Below, in pieces: positions 9,943 through 20,091 of a stretch of 64,000 nt of DNA. Made by a program: the position numbers and the translations under genes. Positions within the stretch are counted from its first letter, which is position 1; every line of letters starts with the position of its first letter. Location of the stretch: positions 64,001 through 128,000 of the forward strand of contig JAPDJY010000039.1 of the NCBI GenBank assembly GCA_029258835.1. Reading direction: 5' to 3'. The DNA comes from Thermoproteota archaeon. GTDB lineage: Archaea > Asgardarchaeota > Jordiarchaeia > Jordiarchaeales > Freyrarchaeaceae. A model generated the notes under the pieces. The model was not told the origin of the DNA, searched no databases, and saw nothing but the letters and a program-made list of their open reading frames with translations.

Positions 9943-11844
9943 ATGGTTCAAGATACGCTTGAAGAACTTAAACAAGTAATTCTTGGCATAGTACCTAAAT
10001 CAGCAGGTGTCACGAACATAGAGCTAGAGGGACCCGAAATTGCTGTTTACCTAAGGAACCCGAATGTTCTAGTTGAAGATACTGAGATTGTTAAAGCGAT
10101 AGCTAGAAAAGTTAGAAAACGTATAGTTGTGAGGTCCGATCCTTCTGTTAGGCTTCCTCCAGAAGAAGCTGAAAAAATAATTAGAGAGAGGGTGGTTGAA
10201 GAGGCAGGCATCACAGGGATCTCGTTTGATAATAATTTAGGTGAGGTGATAATAGAGGCAAAGAAGCCGGGGTTAGTGATAGGGAAAAACGGGGTAACAT
10301 TAAGGGAAATAACACGTGCCACCCGTTGGAGGCCTGTAGTAATTAGAACGCCGCCTATCTCATCTAAAATGGTTGAGAGGGTAAGAGGGGTACTTCAAGC
10401 AGAAAAGGAGAAGAGGATGGAATTTTTAAGGAATGTTGGAAGGAGGATACACCGTCCATTAGTTTTCAAAAATGGATGGTTAAGAATCGTTACTTTGGGA
10501 GGGTTTAGGGAGGTAGGACGAACAGCAATTCTAGTTCAAACCCCTGAAAGTTCAATTTTGGTAGATTGCGGAGTTAACGTTGGAGGAGGAGGTGGAGCAT
10601 TTCCATATCTTGACCTTCCAGAGTTTGATATAGAGAACCTTGATGCAGTAGTAGTTACTCATGCTCACTTAGATCATAGTGGCTTTGTTCCATTCCTTTT
10701 TAAATACGGATATGATGGGCCGGTTTACTGCACAACACCAACAAGAAATTTAATGACGCTGCTTCAACTTGATTATCTTGAAGTGGCGGAAAGAGAGGGG
10801 AAGATAACACCGTACAGTCAGAAAGACGTTAAAAAGGCGGTTATTCACACGATACCGCTGGAATACGGTGAAGTAACAGATATAGCGCCTGACGTACGGT
10901 TAACGTTACATAATGCAGGGCATATACTAGGGTCGGCTATAGTTCATCTTCACATTGGAGATGGATTACATAATATTGCTTATACTGGAGATTTTAAGTT
11001 TTCTAAAACACGGCTCTTAGAGCCAGCATGTAATACTTTCCCACGGCTTGAGACAATGATAATAGAAAGCACTTATGGTGGGCCAGAAGACATCATGCCA
11101 TCTAGAAAAAACGCTGAGAGGGCATTAGTTTCAGCTATAAATGAAACTTTAAGGAGGGGTGGAAGGGTTTTAATCCCTGTTTTAGGCGTTGGAAGGGCGC
11201 AGGAGTTGATGCTAGTTATTGAAGAACATATGCGAAGGGGAATAATAAAAGAAGTGCCGGTATATATTGATGGGATGATAAGCGAGGCAACCGCGATACA
11301 CACAACGCATCCAGAATATCTTTCTCGGGAGCTTAGAGAAAGAATATTCCATCACGGCAGTAATCCGTTTTTAGCTGCATGTTTCCAAACCGTTAAGAGG
11401 GAAGCAAGATTGGACATCGTTGAAGGGGATCCATGTATAATTATGGCGACCTCAGGTATGCTTAGTGGAGGGCCAAGCGTGGAGTACTTTAGGCTTATGG
11501 CTCCGGATCCGAAGAATAGCATGCTTTTCGTAACGTATCAGGTTGAGGGAACGCTGGGAAGGAGGATACAGAAGGGATGGAGAGAAGTCCCGATGAGAAC
11601 GCCTGATGGACGAACGGAAATAGTTCCAGTAAAAATGGAGGTAAGAACTATAGAGGGATTTTCAGGACATAGTGATAGAAGACAAATAATTAACTATTTA
11701 AGGACGCTAAATTCAAAACTTGAAAGAGTAATAACATGCCATGGTGAAGGAGGAAAATGTATGAATATGGCGACACTTATCCATAAGACGCTTAACGTAG
11801 AAACACGGGCTCCACAGAACCTTGAAACTATAAGGCTAAGGTAA
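9943..11844 (+). CDS. fttA: Beta-CASP ribonuclease aCPSF1 / transcription termination factor FttA
   Basis: Two KH domains, LGGFREVGR, THAHLDH, NAGHILGS, GFSGHSD; likely start 9940/9943. Confidence 0.96.
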   Translation: MVQDTLEELKQVILGIVPKSAGVTNIELEGPEIAVYLRNPNVLVEDTEIVKAIARKVRKRIVVRSDPSVRLPPEEAEKIIRERVVEEAGITGISFDNNLGEVIIEAKKPGLVIGKNGVTLREITRATRWRPVVIRTPPISSKMVERVRGVLQAEKEKRMEFLRNVGRRIHRPLVFKNGWLRIVTLGGFREVGRTAILVQTPESSILVDCGVNVGGGGGAFPYLDLPEFDIENLDAVVVTHAHLDHSGFVPFLFKYGYDGPVYCTTPTRNLMTLLQLDYLEVAEREGKITPYSQKDVKKAVIHTIPLEYGEVTDIAPDVRLTLHNAGHILGSAIVHLHIGDGLHNIAYTGDFKFSKTRLLEPACNTFPRLETMIIESTYGGPEDIMPSRKNAERALVSAINETLRRGGRVLIPVLGVGRAQELMLVIEEHMRRGIIKEVPVYIDGMISEATAIHTTHPEYLSRELRERIFHHGSNPFLAACFQTVKREARLDIVEGDPCIIMATSGMLSGGPSVEYFRLMAPDPKNSMLFVTYQVEGTLGRRIQKGWREVPMRTPDGRTEIVPVKMEVRTIEGFSGHSDRRQIINYLRTLNSKLERVITCHGEGGKCMNMATLIHKTLNVETRAPQNLETIRLR

Positions 11845-11859
11845 AAGGAGCGGCTAAAG

Positions 11860-13026
11860 TTGAGCCACGCCTCTTCTATTTTTAAGGATGAAACTACCTT
11901 CTTTCACGAATATGTTCCTCCTACACTTCCTCACAGAGAAAAACAACTAGAGCGACTCATGAGATTCTTTAAGCCGCTCTTTACGGATAAATTTGTTAGC
12001 GTTAACATCGCAATAATTGGACAGGCAGGGGTTGGAAAAACCGCTGTAGCTAAGCTTTTCGGTAAACAGCTAATCGAGGAAGCGAAGAAGAGAAACGCTA
12101 AGATTTTATTTGAGTACATGTACTGTAGTGCCGCAAGGACATTATCAGCAGTGTTGAGGCAGGTAATATCTAAAAACTGGAGGAAAATTCCTATTACAGG
12201 GATAACCGGAAGCGAATTGATAGTTGAACTGAATGAGAGGCTTAATAAAGAAGATAAACGGTTGGTTTTAGTTCTTGATGAAGCAAAGTTGTTAGGTGGC
12301 GAGGAAATCCACGGACTTATAAGAAGTGCAGAGTTTTTTGGGTATGGAAAAGCTAGAATAAGTACAATAGTAATAAGCAGGCCTGAAGACTGGGTTGCTT
12401 ACCTGCAATCAGACCTCTCTGAAGACGTACATATAGTAATAGAGCTTCCAAGGTATTCGGAGGAAGAGCTAAGAGATATTTTAAGATATAGAGCGAAAAT
12501 AGGCTTTTATGATGGTGTTGTGAGTTCGGAAATATGCGACATGGTCGCGAGGATAGCAAGTGAAACAGGAAACGCGAGGCATGGCATAGAAATATTATAC
12601 CATGCAGGGCTCATAGCCGAAAAAAGCGATGAAAAAAGGATTACACCAGAGATGATACGTATAGCGAAAAACGAAGTTTACCCTGAAACGTCCCCTGAAA
12701 TTCTCAGGGGGCTTCACGCACATGAACTTTTAACGCTTTTAGCAGTTGCCATAACACTGAAGGAGGAATTAACAGCACCTATAGGAAGGGTATACGAAGA
12801 ATACAAGGTCATATGTGAAGAGTACGGAGCGAAACCACGCACGACAAGAAACTTCAAGAACTATCTTAGAGTTCTATCGGACATTCAAATAATTAACACA
12901 GTGGTCAAGAACTTAAAGAGGGGAAGGCGAACAATTGTAACCTTAACCGAAATACCGGCGTCGATACTTGAAGAGAGGGTTAGAAAGCTTCTCGAAGAAA
13001 AAAGGCCTGTAGAAATAAGGGATTAA
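11860..13026 (+). CDS. cdc6: Cdc6/Orc1-type replication initiator
   Basis: YVPPTLPHRE, Walker A GQAGVGKT, LVLDEA, GNARHGIEIL, C-terminal winged helix. Confidence 0.92.
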   Translation: MSHASSIFKDETTFFHEYVPPTLPHREKQLERLMRFFKPLFTDKFVSVNIAIIGQAGVGKTAVAKLFGKQLIEEAKKRNAKILFEYMYCSAARTLSAVLRQVISKNWRKIPITGITGSELIVELNERLNKEDKRLVLVLDEAKLLGGEEIHGLIRSAEFFGYGKARISTIVISRPEDWVAYLQSDLSEDVHIVIELPRYSEEELRDILRYRAKIGFYDGVVSSEICDMVARIASETGNARHGIEILYHAGLIAEKSDEKRITPEMIRIAKNEVYPETSPEILRGLHAHELLTLLAVAITLKEELTAPIGRVYEEYKVICEEYGAKPRTTRNFKNYLRVLSDIQIINTVVKNLKRGRRTIVTLTEIPASILEERVRKLLEEKRPVEIRD

Positions 13027-13042
13027 GAAAGGGAGAGAAAAT

Positions 13043-14128
13043 TTGCGAATACTTGAAGAAAACGTAGAAAAAGGAGAGATAACTGTACAGGTGGAAAACC
13101 ACACAGACTTATGGCACTTATACAACGTAATATGTAGAGGGGATAAAATATATGCACGCACGTATAGAAGAATACGCAGAGAAAACGTTGACTCGAGGCC
13201 AGATAAGGGAGAGAGAATCCCGGTTTACTTGGAATTAGAGGTAGAAGAAGTGGAATTTCACCGTTATTCGGATAGGCTCAGGGTTAAAGGAAAAATAATC
13301 AGTGCACCTAAGGAGGTTCCGAAGGGAGGATACCATACTATAAACATTGAAATTGGAATGAAATTGAGAATTACTAAGGAAAAATGGCCTTCTTACATGC
13401 TTAAAAGGATAAGAGAGGCCGTCCATAAGGATGCCCAGGAAAACGTTTTAGTTGTCGCTGTCGAGGAGGGAGAAGCATCTATAGCGCTCGTTAATAAACA
13501 CTCTTTAAGACATCTTATGAAAATAAGTGAAAGCATCCCAGGGAAAAGGTCGGGTGGGGAGAGAGATGCGGCGCTAAAAACTTTTTATGCTAAAGTTACT
13601 AAGGCAATTATGCAGTTTGCAGAGCAGTTTAAACCAGTAAGTATAGTAATTGCAGGACCAGGGTTCGCTAAGGAGCACCTTAAAAAGTATATAAGTAGCA
13701 AGAAGTGGGAGCCGAATGACAAAATTGTTCTTGAATCAGCAAGTTATGGAAATATAAATGGAATATACGAGATCGTCAAGAAAGGTGTTATAGCGAAAAT
13801 CTTCAGAAAGAGCAGGGTTATACGGGAAATAGAAGCAGTTAATGAGCTGCTAGCCCAATTAGCGAAAAACCCCAAAATGGTAACATACGGGGAGGAACAA
13901 GTAAAAAAGGCTGTCCTTTACGGCGCAGTAAAAAAGCTTTTAATTGCAAGCAAAAAAATAAGAGAGGCTACGCTGGAGGAAAGGAGAGAAATAGAGAAAA
14001 TGATAAAAACAGCAGAGGAAATGAGAGCAGAAATTTTAATCGTTGATGAAGAGCATATGTCAGGACAGCAATTATTTAGCTTAGGCGGAGTAGCGGCACT
14101 GTTAAGATACCCATTCGATGATTCCTGA
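13043..14128 (+). CDS. pelA: Pelota (aPelota/Dom34)
   Basis: DLWHLYNVI, RLRVKG, YHTINI, IAGPGFAKE, QLFSLGGVAALLRY. Confidence 0.95.
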   Translation: MRILEENVEKGEITVQVENHTDLWHLYNVICRGDKIYARTYRRIRRENVDSRPDKGERIPVYLELEVEEVEFHRYSDRLRVKGKIISAPKEVPKGGYHTINIEIGMKLRITKEKWPSYMLKRIREAVHKDAQENVLVVAVEEGEASIALVNKHSLRHLMKISESIPGKRSGGERDAALKTFYAKVTKAIMQFAEQFKPVSIVIAGPGFAKEHLKKYISSKKWEPNDKIVLESASYGNINGIYEIVKKGVIAKIFRKSRVIREIEAVNELLAQLAKNPKMVTYGEEQVKKAVLYGAVKKLLIASKKIREATLEERREIEKMIKTAEEMRAEILIVDEEHMSGQQLFSLGGVAALLRYPFDDS

Positions 14129-14138
14129 AAAAGAATAG

Positions 14139-14936
14139 TTAGGTAAGAGTCTTTAAAATGAAATTTTGTATAGACCTTATTTCATTAACTGCAGGTGACT
14201 GTGGTGCATAATCGATTAAAGCCACATTCTTTAAGTCGGCCTCTATAACTTTTTTATCATACGGGATCCATCCGGCAGCATTAATCTCAAGCTCATTAGC
14301 TGCACGCTCTAAGAAAAGCTTTTCATCATCATTTGCGATTTTATTCCCTACTAAAAACACGTTTTTCACGCCAAGCCCCAATGCTAACTTCTTTATTCTT
14401 TTAGCTAAATCTACGGACCTCGCGCCGGGTTCGACCACAATTAACATTGCATCCACATTTTTAGCGGTTCCTCTTCCAAGGTGCTCTACTCCAGCCTCCA
14501 TGTCTAGTATAACTACTTCATCTCGTCGTAGGATCATGTGAGAAATCAAAGCTCTTACCAGGGCGTTACTTGGACACAAGCAACCACCGCCAGGATTAAC
14601 CACAGTTCCGGCTACGAGCAATTTAACGCCATCAGGTCCAATAATCTTAAATCTGTCTGGGAGATCCGAAACCTTTGGATTTAATATAAAGACGCTGCCT
14701 ATTGAACCTGGTTTGGCACCCGTACGTTCTTCGATTAAGTCGTTCATCTCTGAAATTGGAGTTATTCTAGATGCAACTTCTTTAGGAATACCTAAGGACG
14801 AGTACAAGTTCATACTTGGATCTACGTCTATTGCAAAAACGTCGAAACCTTTCTTTGCGAGGAGGCGGGCTAATGTTCCAGCTATCGTCGTCTTACCAAC
14901 GCCGCCCTTACCAACAACCGCCATTTTAAAGCCCAA
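14139..14936 (-). CDS. cooC: CooC-like nickel-insertion ATPase (MinD family)
   Basis: GKGGVGKTT, GGGCLCP, DMEAGVEHLGRGT. Confidence 0.9.
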   Translation of the reverse strand: MGFKMAVVGKGGVGKTTIAGTLARLLAKKGFDVFAIDVDPSMNLYSSLGIPKEVASRITPISEMNDLIEERTGAKPGSIGSVFILNPKVSDLPDRFKIIGPDGVKLLVAGTVVNPGGGCLCPSNALVRALISHMILRRDEVVILDMEAGVEHLGRGTAKNVDAMLIVVEPGARSVDLAKRIKKLALGLGVKNVFLVGNKIANDDEKLFLERAANELEINAAGWIPYDKKVIEADLKNVALIDYAPQSPAVNEIRSIQNFILKTLT

Positions 14937-14962
14937 CAGGAAGCACCTCTTAAGAGGTAAGG

Positions 14963-16426
14963 CTAGCCCTTCACTACTCCAATAGGGCGCAACTTGGCTA
15001 CCAGCGAGGCAATCCCAACCTTGTGGGAGACCTCGGCTACTACGTCTACATCTTTATATGCCTCAGGTGCTTCTTCGCTTACTACTACCATGCTGGCGGC
15101 TTGAACAAGAATTCCTGATTTTTGAAGGTCATCCTTAACCTTCTCTCCCCAAAACTTTTTCTTCGCCCCAGCTCTGCTAAGCCGTCTACCAGCACCATGA
15201 GCGGTCGAGCCAAAGCTCAGTTCCATAGACTCTTTCCTACCTCTCAACACATAGCTGGCAGTCCCCATGGTTCCAGGAATAAGAACAGGTTGACCTATAT
15301 CTCTGTATTTTTGAGGGACTGCAGGGTGTCCTGGAGGAAACGCCCTAGTGGCACCTTTCCTATGGACACAAACAGTTTTTTCTGTACCGTCTACACGGTG
15401 CCGTTCAAACTTAGCGATATTATGGGCCACATCATAGACAAGGTGAATTCCAAGATCCTCCGGGGATGAATTAAAGACCTTGCCAAAGGACTCACGTACC
15501 CAATGCATTATGCATTGCCTATTTGCCCACGCGAAATTAGCGGCAGAAGCCATTGCCGCTAGGTAGTCCTCACCTTCTCTACTTTTACCTGGAACTGCTG
15601 CCAGCTCTCTATCAGGAAGGGAGATGCCATATTTTCTTACAGCATGCTCCATAACTTTTAAGTAATCAGAACAAACTTGATGGCCAAGACCTCTAGATCC
15701 CGTATGGATCATAATTGTAACTTGCCCTTCAAACAGCCCTAAGCATTTCGCTGCTTCACCGTCATAAATACGCTCAACGTATTGTATTTCTAAGAAGTGA
15801 TTGCCACTACCTAAAGTGCCAAGTTGCGGTGCACCTCTACTTTTCGCTTTAGAGGAAACCTTGCCTGCATCTGCCCCTTTAAGACATCCTTCCTCCTCAC
15901 AATAAAACTTATCTTCATCCCAACCGAAGCCTTGATCAACTGCCCAGCTTACGCCGGATTCTAACACTTCATCCAGTTCAGAATGAGATATTCGAATTTT
16001 ACCTTCAGACCCTACTCCGCTAGGTACTTCCTTAAATAGGACGCTTAAAAGGCCTTTGAGTTTAGGAGTAACATCGTCTTTTAAAAGATCCGTTCTAAGA
16101 AGACGCACACCACAGTTAATATCGTATCCTACGCCGCCGGGAGACACTACGCCGCCCTCTTCGAAATCGATGGCGGCAACGCCCCCTATTGGAAAGCCAT
16201 ACCCTTGATGAGCATCAGGTAAAGCGATCGAATGCTTTTGGATTCCAGGGAGGCATGCAACGTTCATGGCTTGAATAAGTGTTTGGTCCTTTTTCATACC
16301 TTCTAGCAACATTTCATTTGCAAAAACTTTAGTAGGTACGCGCATACACTTCTTAGTACCTTTTGGTATCTCCCAAATGAAATTACTTACCTTCTTTAGA
16401 GGAATATTCGCGCTCAAGAACCTCAT
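14963..16426 (-). CDS. rtcB: RNA-splicing ligase RtcB
   Basis: LPDAHQGYGFPIGG, GYDINCG, GSGNHFLE, HTGSRG, HNIAK, HRKGAT, STAHGAGR, EEAPEAYKD. Confidence 0.97.
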   Translation of the reverse strand: MRFLSANIPLKKVSNFIWEIPKGTKKCMRVPTKVFANEMLLEGMKKDQTLIQAMNVACLPGIQKHSIALPDAHQGYGFPIGGVAAIDFEEGGVVSPGGVGYDINCGVRLLRTDLLKDDVTPKLKGLLSVLFKEVPSGVGSEGKIRISHSELDEVLESGVSWAVDQGFGWDEDKFYCEEEGCLKGADAGKVSSKAKSRGAPQLGTLGSGNHFLEIQYVERIYDGEAAKCLGLFEGQVTIMIHTGSRGLGHQVCSDYLKVMEHAVRKYGISLPDRELAAVPGKSREGEDYLAAMASAANFAWANRQCIMHWVRESFGKVFNSSPEDLGIHLVYDVAHNIAKFERHRVDGTEKTVCVHRKGATRAFPPGHPAVPQKYRDIGQPVLIPGTMGTASYVLRGRKESMELSFGSTAHGAGRRLSRAGAKKKFWGEKVKDDLQKSGILVQAASMVVVSEEAPEAYKDVDVVAEVSHKVGIASLVAKLRPIGVVKG

Positions 16427-16544
16427 CCTCCTATGGTTTTTAAAAGTCTAAATAAAATCCCAGTCATCATGAAAAGTGATATTCACGGCCTTGTGGATGG
16501 GTATGGAAAAGAGACTAATAAAACTTTACGTCTCAATAAAATTC

Positions 16545-16883
16545 TCAGTAAATCCTCCATGTGTGCTTACACACTGTACAGCGGAGAAACGTCGTTGAGC
16601 CCTCATCGGCTCTTCTGGTCTGAACTTGCCAATAATAAGCTGTATCGTTTCCGCATTTAGGGCACCTTGCCTTTACCGTTGGCATTACCCGGATCTCCTT
16701 AGTTTCATCTATAACTAGCGTTTTCTCTCTTGGTGAGTGGTTTATTTCTTTTTTCACAATAAATTTACTACGCTTTGTCCTATCTATTACTTCTTGATAG
16801 CCGCAGTTTTTACAAGTCAACTTAACTTGTCCTTCCTCTTTTAGGGGATGCAACAGTGTACCACACTTAGGACAGAAATTCAA
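16545..16883 (-). CDS. tfs: Transcription factor S
   Basis: MNFCPKCG plus C-terminal CPKCGN...QTRRADEGST.F.RC..C. Confidence 0.95.
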   Translation of the reverse strand: MNFCPKCGTLLHPLKEEGQVKLTCKNCGYQEVIDRTKRSKFIVKKEINHSPREKTLVIDETKEIRVMPTVKARCPKCGNDTAYYWQVQTRRADEGSTTFLRCTVCKHTWRIY

Positions 16884-17337
16884 GAAGCAGCCTCCTTTTA
16901 GCCTTGTTTTGTAGATCTTCAGAGGGATTGAATTTTAAGTTTTCCATCCTATCTTTAATGCAGTAAAGAATGGTTTTTAGTAGCGTTGAGAACGCCAATA
17001 TGGCATGTTCGAGATTCTTTTGGTGAGTACAGTTTGCACTAAGGAAGGTGGCTACGTGCTTGGCAGCTTCCTTTATTTCTATTACTCCTGTAAGCCAAGC
17101 ATATGCTATTAGGGCTTCTGCTGCGTCACTTAAACTATGAGTGTTTTGCCTTGATGGAAGATGAGAACGGAGACCTGACGATTTTAGTGCTGAAGAAAGA
17201 ACGAAACCGGGTACCTTTGTAGTTTTAACTTTTCCAGTTGCCATCAACAATGCCAGACTGTAAATTAAATTTGCTACCCCATCTCCTACTTTTGCAAGTT
17301 GCTTGTTTGTAAGTATGTCCCTAAGAGTGCTCGCCGT
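16867..17337 (-). CDS. Archaeal RNase III-like domain protein; apparent ACG start at 17337
   Basis: Frame extends upstream of 17250 through LAKVGDGVANLIYSLA and later LSDAAEALIAYAWL; conserved position between rpoL and tfs. Confidence 0.75.
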   Translation of the reverse strand, partial: TASTLRDILTNKQLAKVGDGVANLIYSLALLMATGKVKTTKVPGFVLSSALKSSGLRSHLPSRQNTHSLSDAAEALIAYAWLTGVIEIKEAAKHVATFLSANCTHQKNLEHAILAFSTLLKTILYCIKDRMENLKFNPSEDLQNKAKRRLLLEFLS

Positions 17338-17353
17338 TGTCTTCCTCCCCCCA

Positions 17354-17647
17354 TCAAGACTTTCTGAAATCTTCTACAGCTTTAGAGAAATGTTCTTTAA
17401 ATTCATTAAGCAAAGATTTGAGGCGAACCACTGTATCTGTCATTACCTCTTTGGGAGAAACGTTGCCATTCGTTGAAATGTAGAGATGTGGCTCTGAAAG
17501 AAGAGGGTGCTCAATTTTATATCCCGCAAATACTACGTCCTTATTTTTTAAAAGAGCTTTTTTTAGAAGGTTGCAGAGGGTGTGATCCTCCCCTTTTATT
17601 TCTAATTCTAAATGATTTTCATCTTGCTTTAATATTTTAACGTTCAT
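17354..17647 (-). CDS. rpoL: RNA polymerase subunit Rpo11 (L)
   Basis: EIKGEDHTLCNLL, FAGYKIEHPL. Confidence 0.95.
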   Translation of the reverse strand: MNVKILKQDENHLELEIKGEDHTLCNLLKKALLKNKDVVFAGYKIEHPLLSEPHLYISTNGNVSPKEVMTDTVVRLKSLLNEFKEHFSKAVEDFRKS

Positions 17648-17658
17648 TTTTAGTCCTC

Positions 17659-18234
17659 CTAAATTTTTGTTTTTCCGTAATCTACTGAGATCTTCCGTTT
17701 TTCTTCGTTTCCACAATTATGGCAAATAAGAGATTTTTCATTTTTTGGAATCAACATTGTGCCGCATTTAGAGCAGAAAGCGTGTACCACGCCGAACTTT
17801 TTGCCGATCGTTGACAGTTGAATAAGGTCTCCTCTCCTATCTATCACTTTCGCTTTAACTATATCCCCTGTTTTAAAAGCGTCTGTAGGTTTAACTACGA
17901 ACTCGTTACTTATTTGGGAAACATGTATTACACCTGAACAGGGTGACGAAAGAAAGCGGCCTCCAATTCTTGCCACACTAACTATGCTTAAAGCCTTACC
18001 AGTCTTAACGATCATCCCTAAGGCAACATCGCCCTTTTTAGGAAAAGGAGGGGCTTCAACTGGTACAACTCTTACCCGCCTCTCCATTTTATCAATTAAA
18101 ACCATTCCTGCATTTGCAGCATAAACCTCTCCCTTTTCTTCATATGTCCCCTCATTAGGGGTGAACTCTTCTATGACTCCCAACCAGTCACCTGGTAAAA
18201 CAAAGCTCCCAGTTTTAGGCTTTGGTTTGACCAT
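17659..18234 (-). CDS. csl4: Exosome RNA-binding subunit Csl4
   Basis: VLPGDWLG..EEF, S1 domain, GVVHAFCSKCG...CHNCG.EEKRKIS. Confidence 0.93.
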   Translation of the reverse strand: MVKPKPKTGSFVLPGDWLGVIEEFTPNEGTYEEKGEVYAANAGMVLIDKMERRVRVVPVEAPPFPKKGDVALGMIVKTGKALSIVSVARIGGRFLSSPCSGVIHVSQISNEFVVKPTDAFKTGDIVKAKVIDRRGDLIQLSTIGKKFGVVHAFCSKCGTMLIPKNEKSLICHNCGNEEKRKISVDYGKTKI

Positions 18235-18269
18235 TCTTAACCACCTCTTTTTTACACTGTTTTTCTCTT

Positions 18270-18926
18270 TCAAGAAGATTCTGTCTGTGAACCTATTTTT
18301 AGTATTCTGTAAACGTCTACATCTACAATGTGTACTTTTTTCGTATGAAATTCAAACATGAAGGGTATAGGTAACTTAACAGTAATAATTTGGTCGATAC
18401 GACCACCATTTTCTTCTATGAAATCTTTGATAAACCTTCTGACTTTAAAGTTTGCCTTGTGAATAGAGTAGATCACTCTAGCTACTTCAAGTGCTTTCTT
18501 TAGAAAGAACCTGTCACTAAAACGTTTCTGAACTCCGAAGGGGGGATTTTGAATTACAGTGTCAGCATAACCCTTTAAATTTTTCAAATCCATTGAGATC
18601 CATTCAACCCTGTCTTCAACACCAGCCCTTTCAGCGTTAAGCTTTGCTATTTTTAACACCGTTGGGTCTATGTCTATGCCGACGACCCGTTTTGCACCAA
18701 GAATGGCGGCACCTATTGCAAGCTTACCATTTCCACAACCTAAATCGTAAACGACTTTTCCTTCAATATCATTAAACACGTATGCAGCCATAAAAATAAG
18801 GGTAGCAGCAACCCTGTTAGGAGTAGAGTACTGTTCTAACTCGACTTTCGGGCAAGGATTTTCTTCAAGATTTTCAAAGATCAACTCAAGGTTTTTTCTC
18901 TTTACTTTCATTTTGAGTTCCATCAC
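18270..18926 (-). CDS. METTL5-family rRNA adenine methyltransferase
   Basis: LEQYSTP, DLGCGNG, QNPPFG, FHTKK. Confidence 0.92.
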   Translation of the reverse strand: MMELKMKVKRKNLELIFENLEENPCPKVELEQYSTPNRVAATLIFMAAYVFNDIEGKVVYDLGCGNGKLAIGAAILGAKRVVGIDIDPTVLKIAKLNAERAGVEDRVEWISMDLKNLKGYADTVIQNPPFGVQKRFSDRFFLKKALEVARVIYSIHKANFKVRRFIKDFIEENGGRIDQIITVKLPIPFMFEFHTKKVHIVDVDVYRILKIGSQTESS

Positions 18927-18950
18927 TTTAACTTCCCTTTAAAACTCTGC

Positions 18951-19958
18951 TTAGGAGGAAAAATCAACTGAGGGATAAAGATCTTCCCATCGTTTCCTTC
19001 CAAGCACTACTTCTAATTCTTCAGGAGTTAAGATGGGTATGCTGAAGCGGCATGCATCCTCGATGGCTATTCTTGGACACGCGGTTACAACCAAGGCTTC
19101 AACGCTGCTGAAATTTAAAATATGGTCTGGTGTGACGTCACGCATAGCAAGCATGTATGCGCTTTTACCTGCGTCAAGAAGAATATTTCTTACGTATTTG
19201 GCTAGTTCTAAGCGTTTTTGTCCGGGTTTCATGCTGACGATTACTCCAAAGTTTTTAGCATGCTTAGCTTGAGATATATGTGCATAGCGTTCAAGCAATA
19301 ACTTTTTCACGATGGGGGCCACATCATGAACACTGCCTGTGTACGGGTCAAACGAGAAGACCCGCTTACCAGTAAACATGGATATGCCGACTGCATGAAA
19401 AAATCCGCCTCCTATAAACAAAACGGTGTCAACATTCGGTGATGTAACGTTCGAGAAATCGCACCCTAAAACTTGCCCGGGATAGGGAGCTCTCCTACTT
19501 TTCCTTTCTAAGACGACTTTAACACCTTTCTCCTCTAGAAGCTTTCTTAGGAGAGGTAGTTCCCAAGAGTGTTGGACAGTAGACGCCAGGATTAACGCCT
19601 TTATACCTAATTCCTCGACAGCTCTAACAACATCTTGCATGACACTTTTAGTATATTTAGCTTCGATAAACAAGGTAGGAACTTTTGTTTTAATAGGCCA
19701 GGGAGCATGACCGAAATGGACGAGAACGTCTGCACCTAAGCTCTTCGCTTCAGAATCAGCTAAGTCGCATGCACCCCAGCAAGGATCAGCAGATATTATA
19801 ATAGACGCCCCTGTCTTTTCCTCTAGAAAGGACGCTACCTTGAATGCGTAACGTAGCAGTCCTTCAGGGAACTGTAAGAGAGCGCATTTTACATTTCTTA
19901 ACTTGAGTTCGGAGGCAAGTTTTACGAGTTCCAGGTCAAAGTCGTCGGTGTCTATCAT
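18951..19958 (-). CDS. dph2: Diphthamide biosynthesis enzyme Dph2
   Basis: LQFPEGL, CWGACD, HFGH, GQVLGC, TACPRI. Confidence 0.95.
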   Translation of the reverse strand: MIDTDDFDLELVKLASELKLRNVKCALLQFPEGLLRYAFKVASFLEEKTGASIIISADPCWGACDLADSEAKSLGADVLVHFGHAPWPIKTKVPTLFIEAKYTKSVMQDVVRAVEELGIKALILASTVQHSWELPLLRKLLEEKGVKVVLERKSRRAPYPGQVLGCDFSNVTSPNVDTVLFIGGGFFHAVGISMFTGKRVFSFDPYTGSVHDVAPIVKKLLLERYAHISQAKHAKNFGVIVSMKPGQKRLELAKYVRNILLDAGKSAYMLAMRDVTPDHILNFSSVEALVVTACPRIAIEDACRFSIPILTPEELEVVLGRKRWEDLYPSVDFSS

Positions 19959-20091
19959 AGAGCTCCAACCAACAGGTCTCTTATCTTCAACGTCACTAAA
20001 GAAGAAAAAATATTTTTTCCTTAAAAGGTTAAAAGACAGCCAGCAGAAAGTTAAAAGGTCCGTTAAAAGTTAAGCGAATGGTGCTAGAGAG

